Shown here: positions 36,389 to 45,645 of the stretch, piece by piece
How the letters are laid out: every line of letters starts with the position of its first letter
How positions within the stretch are numbered: position 1 is the stretch's first letter
DNA from: an uncultured Hymenobacter sp.
Lineage (GTDB): Bacteria > Bacteroidota > Bacteroidia > Cytophagales > Hymenobacteraceae
Reading direction: 5' to 3'
NCBI GenBank assembly: GCA_913778455.1
Contig: CAJYVK010000135.1
Span: forward strand, 10,087 to 74,086
DNA length: 64,000 nucleotides
The notes under the pieces: generated by a model
The model's database searches: none
The model's input: only the letters and a program-made list of their open reading frames with translations
Told to the model about the DNA's origin: nothing
Made by a program: the position numbers and the translations under genes

Positions 36389-37159
36389 CTAGCGAAGCGC
36401 AGTATTAGGCCGGCTCAAGTCCAGCACATCGCAGGTGTCGTAGATTTCGAAACGGTCGATGAGCGCATTTACGCCCTGCTCCATCTTCAGGTCCATTTCC
36501 TCGCGGTAGATGGGGTAGAGCGTGTAGAACTGCACCGTTTTCCCGGGGCTCACGACCAGCGTTTGAAACTCCTCGGGTAAGCTCAGGGCTGTGAGCAACA
36601 GCATGCAGCCTAGTTCGGTATTGTCGGCGAAGGGCTCGGCGTCCTCGCCGTTGGGGATGGTGTGGCCGAAGCCTAGCCAGGTACCATACTCGTGCGGCAG
36701 GCGGGCCAGCATCTTGAGCCAGCGGATGGGCCAGTACACGTTCTTATCCTCGAACGTAGTGGCCAGGTCGGCCCCGCTTTTGGGGATGTTCCAGGTGCTG
36801 GGGAGCAGGATGCACAGCTCGGCATAGGGCGGCGCTTCGTCGGGGCTGGCTTCGGGCGGCACGACCATCGGGAGGTCGCTCATCCCCGACGTGACGAGCG
36901 TGTAGAAGGGAAAATCGGCGCTGGGTGGCACCACGTGTACATCGACGTGTACCTTGTCGGAAATCAGCTCGTGGTAGACGCCGCTCGGCGGCCCCAGGTG
37001 GCGCTCGATATGAGCAGAGATGCTGGCAATGGTGATTTCGTCGCCGCGGGCCGGCTCGAACGGGGCCGGTTCGCCATAGCGGTAGATGGGTGCGCCCAAG
37101 GGTGAAAACTCCGGCTCATCCTGATCGGAAGCAGTGGGAAGAGGGGGCGTGTCAGACAT
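36389..37159 (-). CDS. Suppressor-of-fused (SUFU)-like domain protein
   Basis: HVDVHVVPPS..FYTLVTSGMSDLPM, YAELCILLPSTW, YWPIRWLKMLARLPHEYGTWLGFGHTIPNG, FYTLYPIYREEMDLK. This is the conserved block pattern of bacterial SUFU-family proteins. Confidence 0.75.
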   Translation of the reverse strand: MSDTPPLPTASDQDEPEFSPLGAPIYRYGEPAPFEPARGDEITIASISAHIERHLGPPSGVYHELISDKVHVDVHVVPPSADFPFYTLVTSGMSDLPMVVPPEASPDEAPPYAELCILLPSTWNIPKSGADLATTFEDKNVYWPIRWLKMLARLPHEYGTWLGFGHTIPNGEDAEPFADNTELGCMLLLTALSLPEEFQTLVVSPGKTVQFYTLYPIYREEMDLKMEQGVNALIDRFEIYDTCDVLDLSRPNTALR

Positions 37160-37223
37160 AGATGGCGATACGGCTTGGGTTTACGGCTGGGTTGCCAGTC
37201 GATTTGTTGATCAACAAGGTGGC

Positions 37224-37874
37224 TTACGCCGGCGTGTAGCTGAAATCGGTAGTCGTAGTGCCCGTGGCCTGGCTGCGAGCTTCTTTATACAGCGTATCGA
37301 CGGCCAGCCCAGCGGCCAGCAGCAGGGCGGCCGTAGTGGGCTGCGCGGTGCCCTGGTCGGTGAGCGAGATGAGGTAGTTGTCGGCGGTGGTGAAAAGCTC
37401 GCGGCCGATGCCAGCCCATTTCTTCGTTACCAGGCCCAGCGCCCGGCCGCCCGCGTCCAGGAAGCGGAAGTCCCAGCCTATCCAGTTGCCCTTGATGTCG
37501 GCTACCCGCACGCCCTGGGCGTTGTAGACGTGGAAGCCGCCGCCCAGGGTCAGAATTTTGCTTTCGAAGTATCCCAGCAACTGGTGCTGGCCGTCGTAAA
37601 CGCGGATTTTGGAGCGCAGCCAGCGCCAGCCCCGCTCCAGCCGCAGCACGGGGGCGTCGTCGGGGAGGCTGCGCACGACCACGGTGGTGGGCATGCGGTG
37701 CTTTTGCAGCAGCAGGCGCGTCCAGTTTAGCCAGGCGGGGTTTTCCTCGGTGGCGTAGCCCAGGTGCTCCCTGGTTTCAGCATCCAGGATATCAAAGGTG
37801 TCTTGGAGCCGGAGAAGGCCGATATGCTCGCGCACGAAGTAGGCGGGGCGGCCGAAGAAATCGTTCGTGTTCAT
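37224..37874 (-). CDS. LURP-one-related / scramblase-like (tubby C-terminal-like fold) protein
   Basis: 216 aa with repeated beta-hairpin pattern (FDILDAETREHLGY, IRVYDGQHQLLGYFESKILTLGGGFHVYNAQG, WDFRFLDAGGRALGLVTKKW). The call comes from the pattern only. Confidence 0.55.
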   Translation of the reverse strand: MNTNDFFGRPAYFVREHIGLLRLQDTFDILDAETREHLGYATEENPAWLNWTRLLLQKHRMPTTVVVRSLPDDAPVLRLERGWRWLRSKIRVYDGQHQLLGYFESKILTLGGGFHVYNAQGVRVADIKGNWIGWDFRFLDAGGRALGLVTKKWAGIGRELFTTADNYLISLTDQGTAQPTTAALLLAAGLAVDTLYKEARSQATGTTTTDFSYTPA

Positions 37875-37971
37875 GGCAAAACGACGAATTGGTGCGTCGC
37901 CAGGTACGTAAACGCCACAACGGCGGCTGAAATACGCTGATAGCCACCACGCTCAGCCTTGGGCCAACGCC

Positions 37972-38010
37972 AAAAAGGCGGCCGGTGCACTCACGCACCG
38001 GCCGCCTTTT
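37972..38010 (-). terminator. Intrinsic terminator of the cold-shock-domain gene
   Basis: GGCGGCCGGTGC-actcac-GCACCGGCCGCC flanked by A/T runs on both sides. Confidence 0.8.
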
Positions 38011-38029
38011 GAAAGCTAGTGAGCCGCGG

Positions 38030-38488
38030 CTACGCGCTCATTTTCACGCGCACGGCGGTTGGGCCTTTCATGCCCGGCTCCACCTCAAACGTTACTTTGT
38101 TGCCCTCGTTCAGCACGAGACCACCCAGGGCGTTGGCGTGCACGAAAATGCTCTCCTGAGTGGCCGCATCCTTGATGAAGCCGTAGCCCTTGGAGGTATT
38201 GAAGAACGTGACCGTGCCGGTCCGCACCGAGTCTTCGGGCTCGCGGTCCTCTTGTTTGGGCACGCCAATGACGATGTCCTCGGCGTTGATTTCTTTTTTC
38301 TTCTTGGTCGGGTCGGGCGGGATCGAGGTGATGTTGCCATTCTCATCGACGTAGGCAAACATCTCTTCGAAGCTCGACTCCTTCTTGTTAGCCTGGCGCT
38401 CTTCGCGGCGCTCGGCCTTTTCCTGCTGCTTTTTCAGCCGCTTCTTTTCGTTTTCTTTCTTGCTGAAGCTTTCTTGCGCTCTGGCCAT
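38030..38488 (-). CDS. Cold-shock-domain protein with a Lys/Glu-rich N-terminal extension
   Basis: The C-terminal CSD is GTVTFFNTSKGYGFIKD...IFVHANAL (RNP1/RNP2-like). Confidence 0.9.
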   Translation of the reverse strand: MARAQESFSKKENEKKRLKKQQEKAERREERQANKKESSFEEMFAYVDENGNITSIPPDPTKKKKEINAEDIVIGVPKQEDREPEDSVRTGTVTFFNTSKGYGFIKDAATQESIFVHANALGGLVLNEGNKVTFEVEPGMKGPTAVRVKMSA

Positions 38489-38595
38489 AGGGGATTATTT
38501 GCTATCCGGATTGCGGGGCGATGAGATAGTATCACCGGGCGGCAACCTACTAGGTTATAACCACCTTGCGCCGGAATAAGTCCCGAATTTACTGC

Positions 38596-39195
38596 CTAAT
38601 TTTTAAAAAAGCCAGCTACCTCCCGGCTGGCCCCGGCCGGCAGGTCGCCGAGCAGGATTTCGCCCACCCGCACGCGTACCAGCCGCAGGGTCGGAAAGCC
38701 CACGGCGGCCGTCATCTTGCGCACCTGCCGGAATTTGCCCTCGCGCACGGTAATGGCTACCCAGCTGGTAGGCCCGTGGCGCTCGTCGCGGATGCGACGC
38801 CCACGCGGCGGTAAGTCGGGCGCGGTGGCGAGCAGGCGAGCCTGGCTGGGCAGCGTGCGGTAGGGCGTACCGTGGATGCTGATATCGACGCCGCCTTGCA
38901 GCCGGGCCAGTGCCTCGGGCGTGAGTAGGCCATCGACCTGGGCGTAATACTCTTTCTCGACGTGGCGGCTGCGCACCTGCTCGCTCACGCGGCCATCAGT
39001 AGTAAGGAGCAGCAGCCCCTCGCTGTCCTCATCGAGCCGCCCGATGGCCATCGTGCCCGCCGGAAAGTCGCCCAGCTCGCCCAGAAAGCGCTTCTTTTTC
39101 ACCTCTTTGGCAAACTCGCTGGTAAACTGGCTGAGGTAGCCCCAAGGCTTGTGCAGGACGAAATGCCGATGGGTAGGGGAGGGCAGGCTATCCAC
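38596..39195 (-). CDS. Pseudouridine synthase, RsuA/RluE family
   Basis: Catalytic motif GRLDEDSEGLLLLTTDG, 199 aa, GTG start. Confidence 0.9.
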   Translation of the reverse strand: MDSLPSPTHRHFVLHKPWGYLSQFTSEFAKEVKKKRFLGELGDFPAGTMAIGRLDEDSEGLLLLTTDGRVSEQVRSRHVEKEYYAQVDGLLTPEALARLQGGVDISIHGTPYRTLPSQARLLATAPDLPPRGRRIRDERHGPTSWVAITVREGKFRQVRKMTAAVGFPTLRLVRVRVGEILLGDLPAGASREVAGFFKN

Positions 39196-39233
39196 GAAAA
39201 CGGTAGTTGATGAGCCGCAAAGGTCGGGCGCAG

Positions 39234-39968
39234 CTAGTGTGCGTAGGCCGCGTTGCCGTGCAGGATGCCCGCCAGCGAATAAGCCAGCGCCGTGTGGGCC
39301 TGATCGTTAAGGTGCCAGGGGTCGGAAAACAGCTCGCGGTCGGGGTGCAGTAGTTGGTGTGAGTCGAGCCAGTAGCGATTGGGCAGGGCCGCCACCCGGT
39401 GGCGCAGCAGCCAGCCGCCGAAGTCGCGCATGGCGTTGTCGGCCGCTGCTTGGCATGGGAAGGGCGATAGAAAAATAAAGGTAGTGTCTGGGTGTTGTAG
39501 CATGCAGGCGTTCAGCGCCCGCATGCTATTACGAAACTGCTTGGCAAACACCCACAGCAGCGCGCTCAGGATGCTGAGACTCACGATGCGTAGGCTGTCG
39601 AAGCGGTGGGGCGGCGGTAGTAGCTGCCCCCGGGCGCTGTGGTTGGATAAGCTGCCAGCTTTATCGGAATTTCCCTTTGGCTTGCGGGCGGCGGGCACGC
39701 GACCCAGCGCCCGGGTGAGTTGGCGCAGCATTGTTTGCAGGCTAGCCGAAAACTCGTGGTTGCCCAACTGTAGCACCACGTGCGTCGGCTGCTTCTCTTC
39801 GACAAGCTTCAGGTGCTCGGGTAAGTCTACCACCCGCACGCGAGCTACCTGGCCCACTATCGTACCCTGCAACAAACCGCTGAGTTTGGTAGCGAAAGAA
39901 TTTTCCTGCCCCACCAAGTACCCAGCCACGTGACAGCCGCCCAATAATATTATTTCTGGATGCTTCAT
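39234..39968 (-). CDS. SGNH/GDSL-like hydrolase-fold protein (hypothetical)
   Basis: N-terminal IILLGGCHVAG and C-terminal DPWHLN (D-x-x-H-like) blocks. The assignment is weak. Confidence 0.45.
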   Translation of the reverse strand: MKHPEIILLGGCHVAGYLVGQENSFATKLSGLLQGTIVGQVARVRVVDLPEHLKLVEEKQPTHVVLQLGNHEFSASLQTMLRQLTRALGRVPAARKPKGNSDKAGSLSNHSARGQLLPPPHRFDSLRIVSLSILSALLWVFAKQFRNSMRALNACMLQHPDTTFIFLSPFPCQAAADNAMRDFGGWLLRHRVAALPNRYWLDSHQLLHPDRELFSDPWHLNDQAHTALAYSLAGILHGNAAYAH

Positions 39969-40202
39969 GCTGAATAATACCTGAGCAAGTACCTTATTTT
40001 TAAAACAAGTTATTGATTATCAGTAAGATTTTCTTAAAAATGAAGAAAATATAAATTTTAATTAAGCTGATAATATTTTGAAGCTACCTACTCCTTAGTG
40101 TGTTGGGAGTGAAATAGGGCACAGCTTAAAAAAATAATTAACCTCGGGCGTAACCTGCACGTTAGGCAAACCCAACCTTACCCTTAGTCTTCCTCCTTTT
40201 CC

Positions 40203-41072
40203 ATGTCTGACAAACCCACGATTTTCCCGCCCCAGCACCAGGACGCGGGTGCCGGCAAGCCCGGTCTCGAACACAAAATGATTCCCGAACCCGAGTATAT
40301 CCGCGAGGGGTACCAGGGAGCGGGTAAGCTCAAGAATAAGGTGGCCCTCATCACGGGTGGTGACTCGGGCATTGGCCGGGCCGTGGCCGTGCACTTTGCC
40401 CGCGAAGGGGCCGAGGTGGCCATCAGCTACTTCCCCACCGAGCAGGAAGACGCCGAGAAAGTGCAGCAGCTGGTGCAGGCCGAGGGCCGCCGCTGCCTGT
40501 TGCTGCCCGGCGACCTGAAAGTGCCCTCCTTCTGCGAAGAAATTGTGGAGCGCACGGTGGCTGAATTCGGCCAGCTCGACGTGCTGGTCAACAACGCCGC
40601 CGAGCAGAACTGGCACGACTCGCTCGAAGACATTACCAACGAGGAGCTCGATAGCATCTTCAATCTCAACATCATCGCCATGTTCCGCATCACGCGGACG
40701 GCCCTCAAGCACCTCAAGGAAGGTGCCGCCATCATCAATACGACTTCGGTGAATGCCTACAAGGGCAACGAGGCGCTGCTCGACTACACCTCGACCAAGG
40801 GTGCCATCGAAGCCTTCACGCGAGCCCTGTCGCTGCAACTCGTGAAAAAGGGTATTCGGGTAAACTCGGTAGCGCCGGGCCCCATCTGGACGCCGTTTAT
40901 CACGGGCGTGGGCCTGCTCAAGCTGCCGCTATTCGGCCACGACGTGCCGATGGGCCGCGCCGGCCAGCCCTCCGAGGTAGCCCCGGCCTACGTGTTCCTG
41001 GCCTCGGAAGACGCCTCGTATTTCTCGGGCCAGACGCTGCACCCCAACGGCGGCTCGGTAGTGAATGCGTAG
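40203..41072 (+). CDS. SDR-family oxidoreductase (YhxC/YghA, general-stress-protein-39-like)
   Basis: TGGDSGIGRA cofactor motif, NNAA, and the catalytic Y-x3-K (YTSTKGA). Confidence 0.93.
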   Translation: MSDKPTIFPPQHQDAGAGKPGLEHKMIPEPEYIREGYQGAGKLKNKVALITGGDSGIGRAVAVHFAREGAEVAISYFPTEQEDAEKVQQLVQAEGRRCLLLPGDLKVPSFCEEIVERTVAEFGQLDVLVNNAAEQNWHDSLEDITNEELDSIFNLNIIAMFRITRTALKHLKEGAAIINTTSVNAYKGNEALLDYTSTKGAIEAFTRALSLQLVKKGIRVNSVAPGPIWTPFITGVGLLKLPLFGHDVPMGRAGQPSEVAPAYVFLASEDASYFSGQTLHPNGGSVVNA

Positions 41073-41190
41073 GGATTGAGAGTTGAGGATTTAGACGGGA
41101 GACGTTAGACATGAGAATCGGTCTATCAGATTTTCTCCTGTCTAACGTCTCCTACCTAATCTAACGTCTCCTACCTAATTTCTCAATTCT
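41071..41190. repeat. Imperfect 35-40-bp inverted repeat with a duplicated TAACGTCTCCTACCTAAT unit
   Basis: Left: AGGGATTGAGAGTTGAGGATTTAGACGGGAGACGTTAGAC. Right, as reverse complement: AGAATTGAGAAATTAGGTAGGAGACGTTAGAC. The 18-nt unit is repeated at 41143-41160 and 41162-41179. Confidence 0.7.
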
Positions 41191-41296
41191 AAAAATCAAG
41201 TTGCCAGCTTCTTACCCGGGGCTGGCAACATCCTTTTAGGCCGGTGCGTATGACAAGCCACTTGCGGCTAAACCGTACCATATTTGCGCTAATCTC

Positions 41297-41959
41297 ATGA
41301 AAACCAATCTCCTTTTGCTCGCTGCGGCCGCTACGATGGCGTTTGCTTCCTGCTCGCAGGAAAAGAAAACGGAAGTAACCGAAACGACGACGACGCCCGC
41401 TGGCACCACCGAGACCACTACGACTACCACCATCGACACCGCGAGCTACCGTACCAGCGCGACCCAGCTGGCCGACCAGGTAGCCGCCGACCTGCGGGCC
41501 ACCGACGAGGCTACCAAAGCCCGTTTGCAGCAGATTTATTACAACCGCGGCCGTGCCCTGCGCGACCTGGAGTCCCGGCCCGATACCACCGGCCGCTACG
41601 CCGCCGTGCGTGACCTCAACGACAACACTACCCGCGAGGTAAAAACGGTGATAACCGACCCCGCCGCCTATCGTACGTATACTGATAATCAAGGTAATTA
41701 CTACGCTGGCCCCTACACCGTAGTGACTACCACCACAACCACTAAGTCCGCCGCCCGTCCCAGCCTGGGTGCCCGGGTGGGCCAGGGCTCGGGCGTGAAG
41801 AAGTACGAAAACGACGGCGACGACCATAAAGTGAAATATGAGAATGGCGCCAAAATCAAGCGTAGCGACGACGGCTCGATCAAAATCAAGCGTGCCGACG
41901 GTACCAAGATTAAAATCGACGAAAACGGTAATCGTACCGTGAAAAAGGGCTTATTCTAA
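41297..41959 (+). CDS. Hypothetical lipoprotein, Thr-rich N-terminus and Lys-rich C-terminus (220 aa)
   Basis: Lipobox ATMAFASC. Followed by a strong terminator. Confidence 0.6.
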   Translation: MKTNLLLLAAAATMAFASCSQEKKTEVTETTTTPAGTTETTTTTTIDTASYRTSATQLADQVAADLRATDEATKARLQQIYYNRGRALRDLESRPDTTGRYAAVRDLNDNTTREVKTVITDPAAYRTYTDNQGNYYAGPYTVVTTTTTTKSAARPSLGARVGQGSGVKKYENDGDDHKVKYENGAKIKRSDDGSIKIKRADGTKIKIDENGNRTVKKGLF

Positions 41960-41977
41960 GCCACGCCCATTACTGGT

Positions 41978-42014
41978 AAAAAGCCCCGTCTCTACGGTAG
42001 AGGCGGGGCTTTTT
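41978..42014. terminator. Bidirectional intrinsic terminator
   Basis: AAAAAGCCCCGTCTCTAC-g-GTAGAGGCGGGGCTTTTT. Confidence 0.85.
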
Positions 42015-42041
42015 ATTGATAGAAATTTGCTAACGAATAGC

Positions 42042-43139
42042 TTACAGCCGCCAAGTAAGGCTGCCGCCCGTGAACGGGCCATAGCTGAACGGCGACAGCT
42101 CGCCGCGCCGGTACCAGGGGCGTGGGTGGACGGGAGGTTGCCAGCCCGTGCTTTCGGCCGGGGACTGGGGTTCAGTCACGCGGGTGCGGCCGTTGCGCAC
42201 CGCGATTTTGGCAAAGCCGTAGCCCAGGGCAATGCCCAGGGGGTAGTCGCTGGCCCAGTGTACGCCGTTGTTGAGCATGGAGTAGCCGAGCACGCCCATG
42301 AGCGAATAGCCCAAGGGGCGGATGAAGCGGTACTCGGGGTAGTTTTCGGCGATAACCGTTACGGTAGCCATGGCCGTAGCCAGGTGCCCGGTGGGGAAGG
42401 CGTCGTAATTGGACACGTTGCCCTGATAGGTGTTGTAGGAAGGGAAAAAATCCCACCGCCCCCGGTCATGAGTGGCCTGGAACGGGCTCTGGCGGCCGGT
42501 ACTGCGCTTGAGTGCCTGCACGACAAGGCCGGTACTCAGAATGGCTTCCCCGAGCTGAGTAGCCGTTTGGGCGGCGCGGTTATCGTGCTTTATCCACCCG
42601 TAGGTCATGAAGGACGACGCGATGGCGAGGTGCGTCCAGCCATCGCCCAGAAAATAAAACGTACTGTTGAGGTTGTCGGGTACCCGAAATTCCAGGGGAA
42701 TTTTGCTGCTGCCCAGGCGAATGGGGATGTAAACGAGCGTGCGGTACTGGTCGGCCGGGTCGAGGTGCAGCGTGCGGCCCAGGCTTTGGGCCCCGTGCAA
42801 AATCGGCTCGTCGGCCAGCCACAGTGCCACCGAGCCCGCCGCGATACCTGCGAAGGCCGGCACGTTTTCGCGCTTGAAATACCGGGGAAATTGCACCAGG
42901 TCGCGCGGAATGTGCGTGAGCCAGCGCAATTGCCCCGGCTTTTCGTAGTGCCACGTTACGCCGGGGGCCACGGTGTAGTCGGTGCGCCGCGCCCGGTGCG
43001 AGGGGCGAGCGCTGGTGTCGGCGGGCTGCTGGGCCAGCGAATCGGCAAGTGGGAGTGGAGTCGCCCCGGCCGGGCTAGCCAGGGTAGCTAAAGCAAAAAT
43101 AGCCAGCGCGTTTCGCCAGCCAAGGGTAGGCAAGTTCAC
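42042..43139 (-). CDS. PAP2-superfamily phosphatase, secreted/membrane
   Basis: Motifs FPTGHLATA and NNGVHWASDYPLG (PSGH / SRxxxxxHxxxD-like). Signal peptide present. GTG start, so the start is uncertain. Confidence 0.7.
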   Translation of the reverse strand: MNLPTLGWRNALAIFALATLASPAGATPLPLADSLAQQPADTSARPSHRARRTDYTVAPGVTWHYEKPGQLRWLTHIPRDLVQFPRYFKRENVPAFAGIAAGSVALWLADEPILHGAQSLGRTLHLDPADQYRTLVYIPIRLGSSKIPLEFRVPDNLNSTFYFLGDGWTHLAIASSFMTYGWIKHDNRAAQTATQLGEAILSTGLVVQALKRSTGRQSPFQATHDRGRWDFFPSYNTYQGNVSNYDAFPTGHLATAMATVTVIAENYPEYRFIRPLGYSLMGVLGYSMLNNGVHWASDYPLGIALGYGFAKIAVRNGRTRVTEPQSPAESTGWQPPVHPRPWYRRGELSPFSYGPFTGGSLTWRL

Positions 43140-43448
43140 GGAAAATACAGCAAGTAAAGTTGGGCTAAAGAAATAAATCAGCGCGGACTTAGAATTGACA
43201 AAATTACGGAATTATTACCTAGTGCCCGCGCTATCCGGCTGCGCACGCGAGCCCCGATGCTAGCGGGAAGCCGCCGGATTGGGCTCCTGACTGCGCTAAA
43301 ACGCACGCGCCGTCGGCATACCTTAGCTGACAGCTAAAAAAAGTGGGGCGGCCAGTTCCGGGGCGGGGAGTACGGGCAACACTATCTTCTTTTCCATTAA
43401 GTTAACTCTTGGTTAGTGGGTGGGCCACCCACCGATTAGCTGTGCCGT

Positions 43449-44885
43449 ATGCTCAGTATGCCTTCTTCCTCCACTGCTACCAATCTTTTTACTGCTCAGT
43501 TTGAGGCGTTGCGGGCCAATGCGCCGGCCCTGCGGGCCGAAACCGTGGCCGCCCGCCGCCGGCGACTAGCCAAGCTGGCCACGTGGCTCACCACCAACCG
43601 GGTAGCTATTCAACAGGCGCTGTACCAAGATTTTAAAAAGCCGCCCGAGGAAACCGACCTGACCGAGCTGTGGCCGTCGCTTACCGAAATCCGGCACACC
43701 AGCCGCCACTTGGCGCGGTGGCTGGCCCCGCGCCGCGTGGGCACGCCGCTGGCCCTGCTGGGTACGCGCAGCTGGGTGCAGGTCGAGCCCAAGGGCGTGG
43801 TGCTCATCATCGCCCCTTGGAATTATCCCTTTTACCTGGCCCTCGATCCGCTGATATCGGCCATTGCGGCGGGCAACGCGGTGGTAGTGAAGCCCGCCGA
43901 GCAAACGCCCGCGACCTCGGCCCTGCTGCGTCGGCTGGCCGAGGAGCTGTTTCAGCCCGACGAAGTGCTGGTGCTGGAAGGCGGCCGTGAGGTAGCCAGT
44001 GAGCTGCTGCGCCTGCCCTGGAACCACATTTTCTTTACCGGCTCGCCGCAGATAGGGAAAATCGTGATGCGAGCCGCCGCCGAGCACCTCAGCGGTGTCA
44101 CGCTGGAGCTGGGGGGGAAGAGCCCCGCCATCGTGGATGAGACTGCCAACCTCCGCGACGCCGCCGAAAAAATCGTGTGGGCCAAGTTTTTAAATGCCGG
44201 GCAAACCTGCGTGGCGCCCGACTACCTGCTGGTGCACGAGCGGGTACAAGCTCCGCTGCTGGCCGAAATGCAGCAGGCCATCCGGCGCTACTACGGCGAG
44301 AATAACGAGGCTACCAAGGCGTCGAAATCCTTCGCCCGCATCGTCAACCGCCACCACTACGCCCGGCTGGCCGCCCTGCTCGAAGACGCCGAGGCGCGGG
44401 GCGCGACCGTAGCCCAGGGCGGGGCGCTCGACGAGTCGCAGTGCTACGTAGAGCCCACCATCCTGACCGACGTGCCCGCCGACGCAGCCGTGTTGGAAGA
44501 AGAGATATTCGGCCCGCTGCTACCCGTCGTCCCGTTTCAAGAGCTGGCCGAAACCGTGGCGTACGTCAACGCCCGGCCCCGGCCGCTGGCCCAGTACGTA
44601 TTCACGACCAGCGCCGCTCACCGCCGCTACCTGCTGGACGGTATTGCGGCGGGTGGCGCGGCCGTCAACGAGGCCATCATTCAACTGGCGCACCCCGACC
44701 TGCCATTCGGCGGCGTGGGGAATAGCGGGCTGGGCAAAGCCCACGGCCTGGCTGGGTTCCTGGCTTTCAGCAATGAGAAAGGGGTGTTGCAGCAGCGCGT
44801 GGGCTTCACGGGCATCAAGCAATTTTACCCACCCTACGGGAATCGGGTGCGCCGGCTGCTGGGCTGGTTGCTGCGGTATTTGTAG
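43449..44885 (+). CDS. Aldehyde dehydrogenase, class-3-like family
   Basis: ELGGKSP and the catalytic Cys in NAGQTCVAPDY. 478 aa. Confidence 0.93.
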   Translation: MLSMPSSSTATNLFTAQFEALRANAPALRAETVAARRRRLAKLATWLTTNRVAIQQALYQDFKKPPEETDLTELWPSLTEIRHTSRHLARWLAPRRVGTPLALLGTRSWVQVEPKGVVLIIAPWNYPFYLALDPLISAIAAGNAVVVKPAEQTPATSALLRRLAEELFQPDEVLVLEGGREVASELLRLPWNHIFFTGSPQIGKIVMRAAAEHLSGVTLELGGKSPAIVDETANLRDAAEKIVWAKFLNAGQTCVAPDYLLVHERVQAPLLAEMQQAIRRYYGENNEATKASKSFARIVNRHHYARLAALLEDAEARGATVAQGGALDESQCYVEPTILTDVPADAAVLEEEIFGPLLPVVPFQELAETVAYVNARPRPLAQYVFTTSAAHRRYLLDGIAAGGAAVNEAIIQLAHPDLPFGGVGNSGLGKAHGLAGFLAFSNEKGVLQQRVGFTGIKQFYPPYGNRVRRLLGWLLRYL

Positions 44886-44954
44886 GGTAGGCCGGATTTA
44901 TAGCGGCTATATTGAAAAGCTATTCACAAAACCCTGTTTGACCAAATACCAGTC

Positions 44955-45572
44955 ATGTTGCGCCGCTATTCGCCGGAAGAGTATTTTACCTTGGAAAAGA
45001 AAAGCGAGGTGCGGCATGAGTACGTTGAGGGAGAAGTGTTTGCGATGGTGGGAACCAGCGTAGCTCACAATCTCATCAAGGGTAATCTGATAGCCGGTTT
45101 GCGGCCCGGGGTACGCCAGCGGGGCTGCCGCATCTTTGATGAGAACGTACGGTTGGAGGTGCGGGAGAAACGATACTATACCTATCCGGATGTGCTGGTA
45201 AGTTGTACCTCTGCCGATTTCCAAGACCCGTATGTAGTACGTCAGCCGGTGCTGATTGCGGAAATTCTATCACCCTCGACGGCGGAGTACGACCGCACAA
45301 CCAAGTTTGCGTACTACCAAAAAATGCCCAGCCTGCGGCATTATCTGTTGCTTTCGCAAGCGGCCTGGATAGTGGAGTGGTTTCGGCGTGACGAGGCCGG
45401 GCAGTGGATTTACACCCTGCTCACCGGCCCTGACAGCCTCCTGCAAATCGCGGATCTGGGCCTGTCTCTGCCCCTGCGCGAGTTGTACGAGGATACCGAC
45501 GTGGCGCCGTTGCGGGTGCTGCCGGGGCTGGCCGGTGGCGGGGCGGCTGAAGCAGCCAGCCCGAACGACTGA
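44955..45572 (+). CDS. Uma2-family (DUF820) putative endonuclease
   Basis: YSPEEYFTLEKKSEVRHEYVEGEVFAM, YPDVLVSC and IAEILSPSTAEYDRTTKFAYYQKMPSLRHYLLLSQ match the PD-(D/E)xK Uma2 pattern. Confidence 0.85.
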   Translation: MLRRYSPEEYFTLEKKSEVRHEYVEGEVFAMVGTSVAHNLIKGNLIAGLRPGVRQRGCRIFDENVRLEVREKRYYTYPDVLVSCTSADFQDPYVVRQPVLIAEILSPSTAEYDRTTKFAYYQKMPSLRHYLLLSQAAWIVEWFRRDEAGQWIYTLLTGPDSLLQIADLGLSLPLRELYEDTDVAPLRVLPGLAGGGAAEAASPND

Positions 45573-45645
45573 TTGGGCTGGCTGGCCTCGTACGTCGCCA
45601 GTACCGCTGGCGGGTTACGTCGCATCGGCTCGGGTATCAAGCGTC

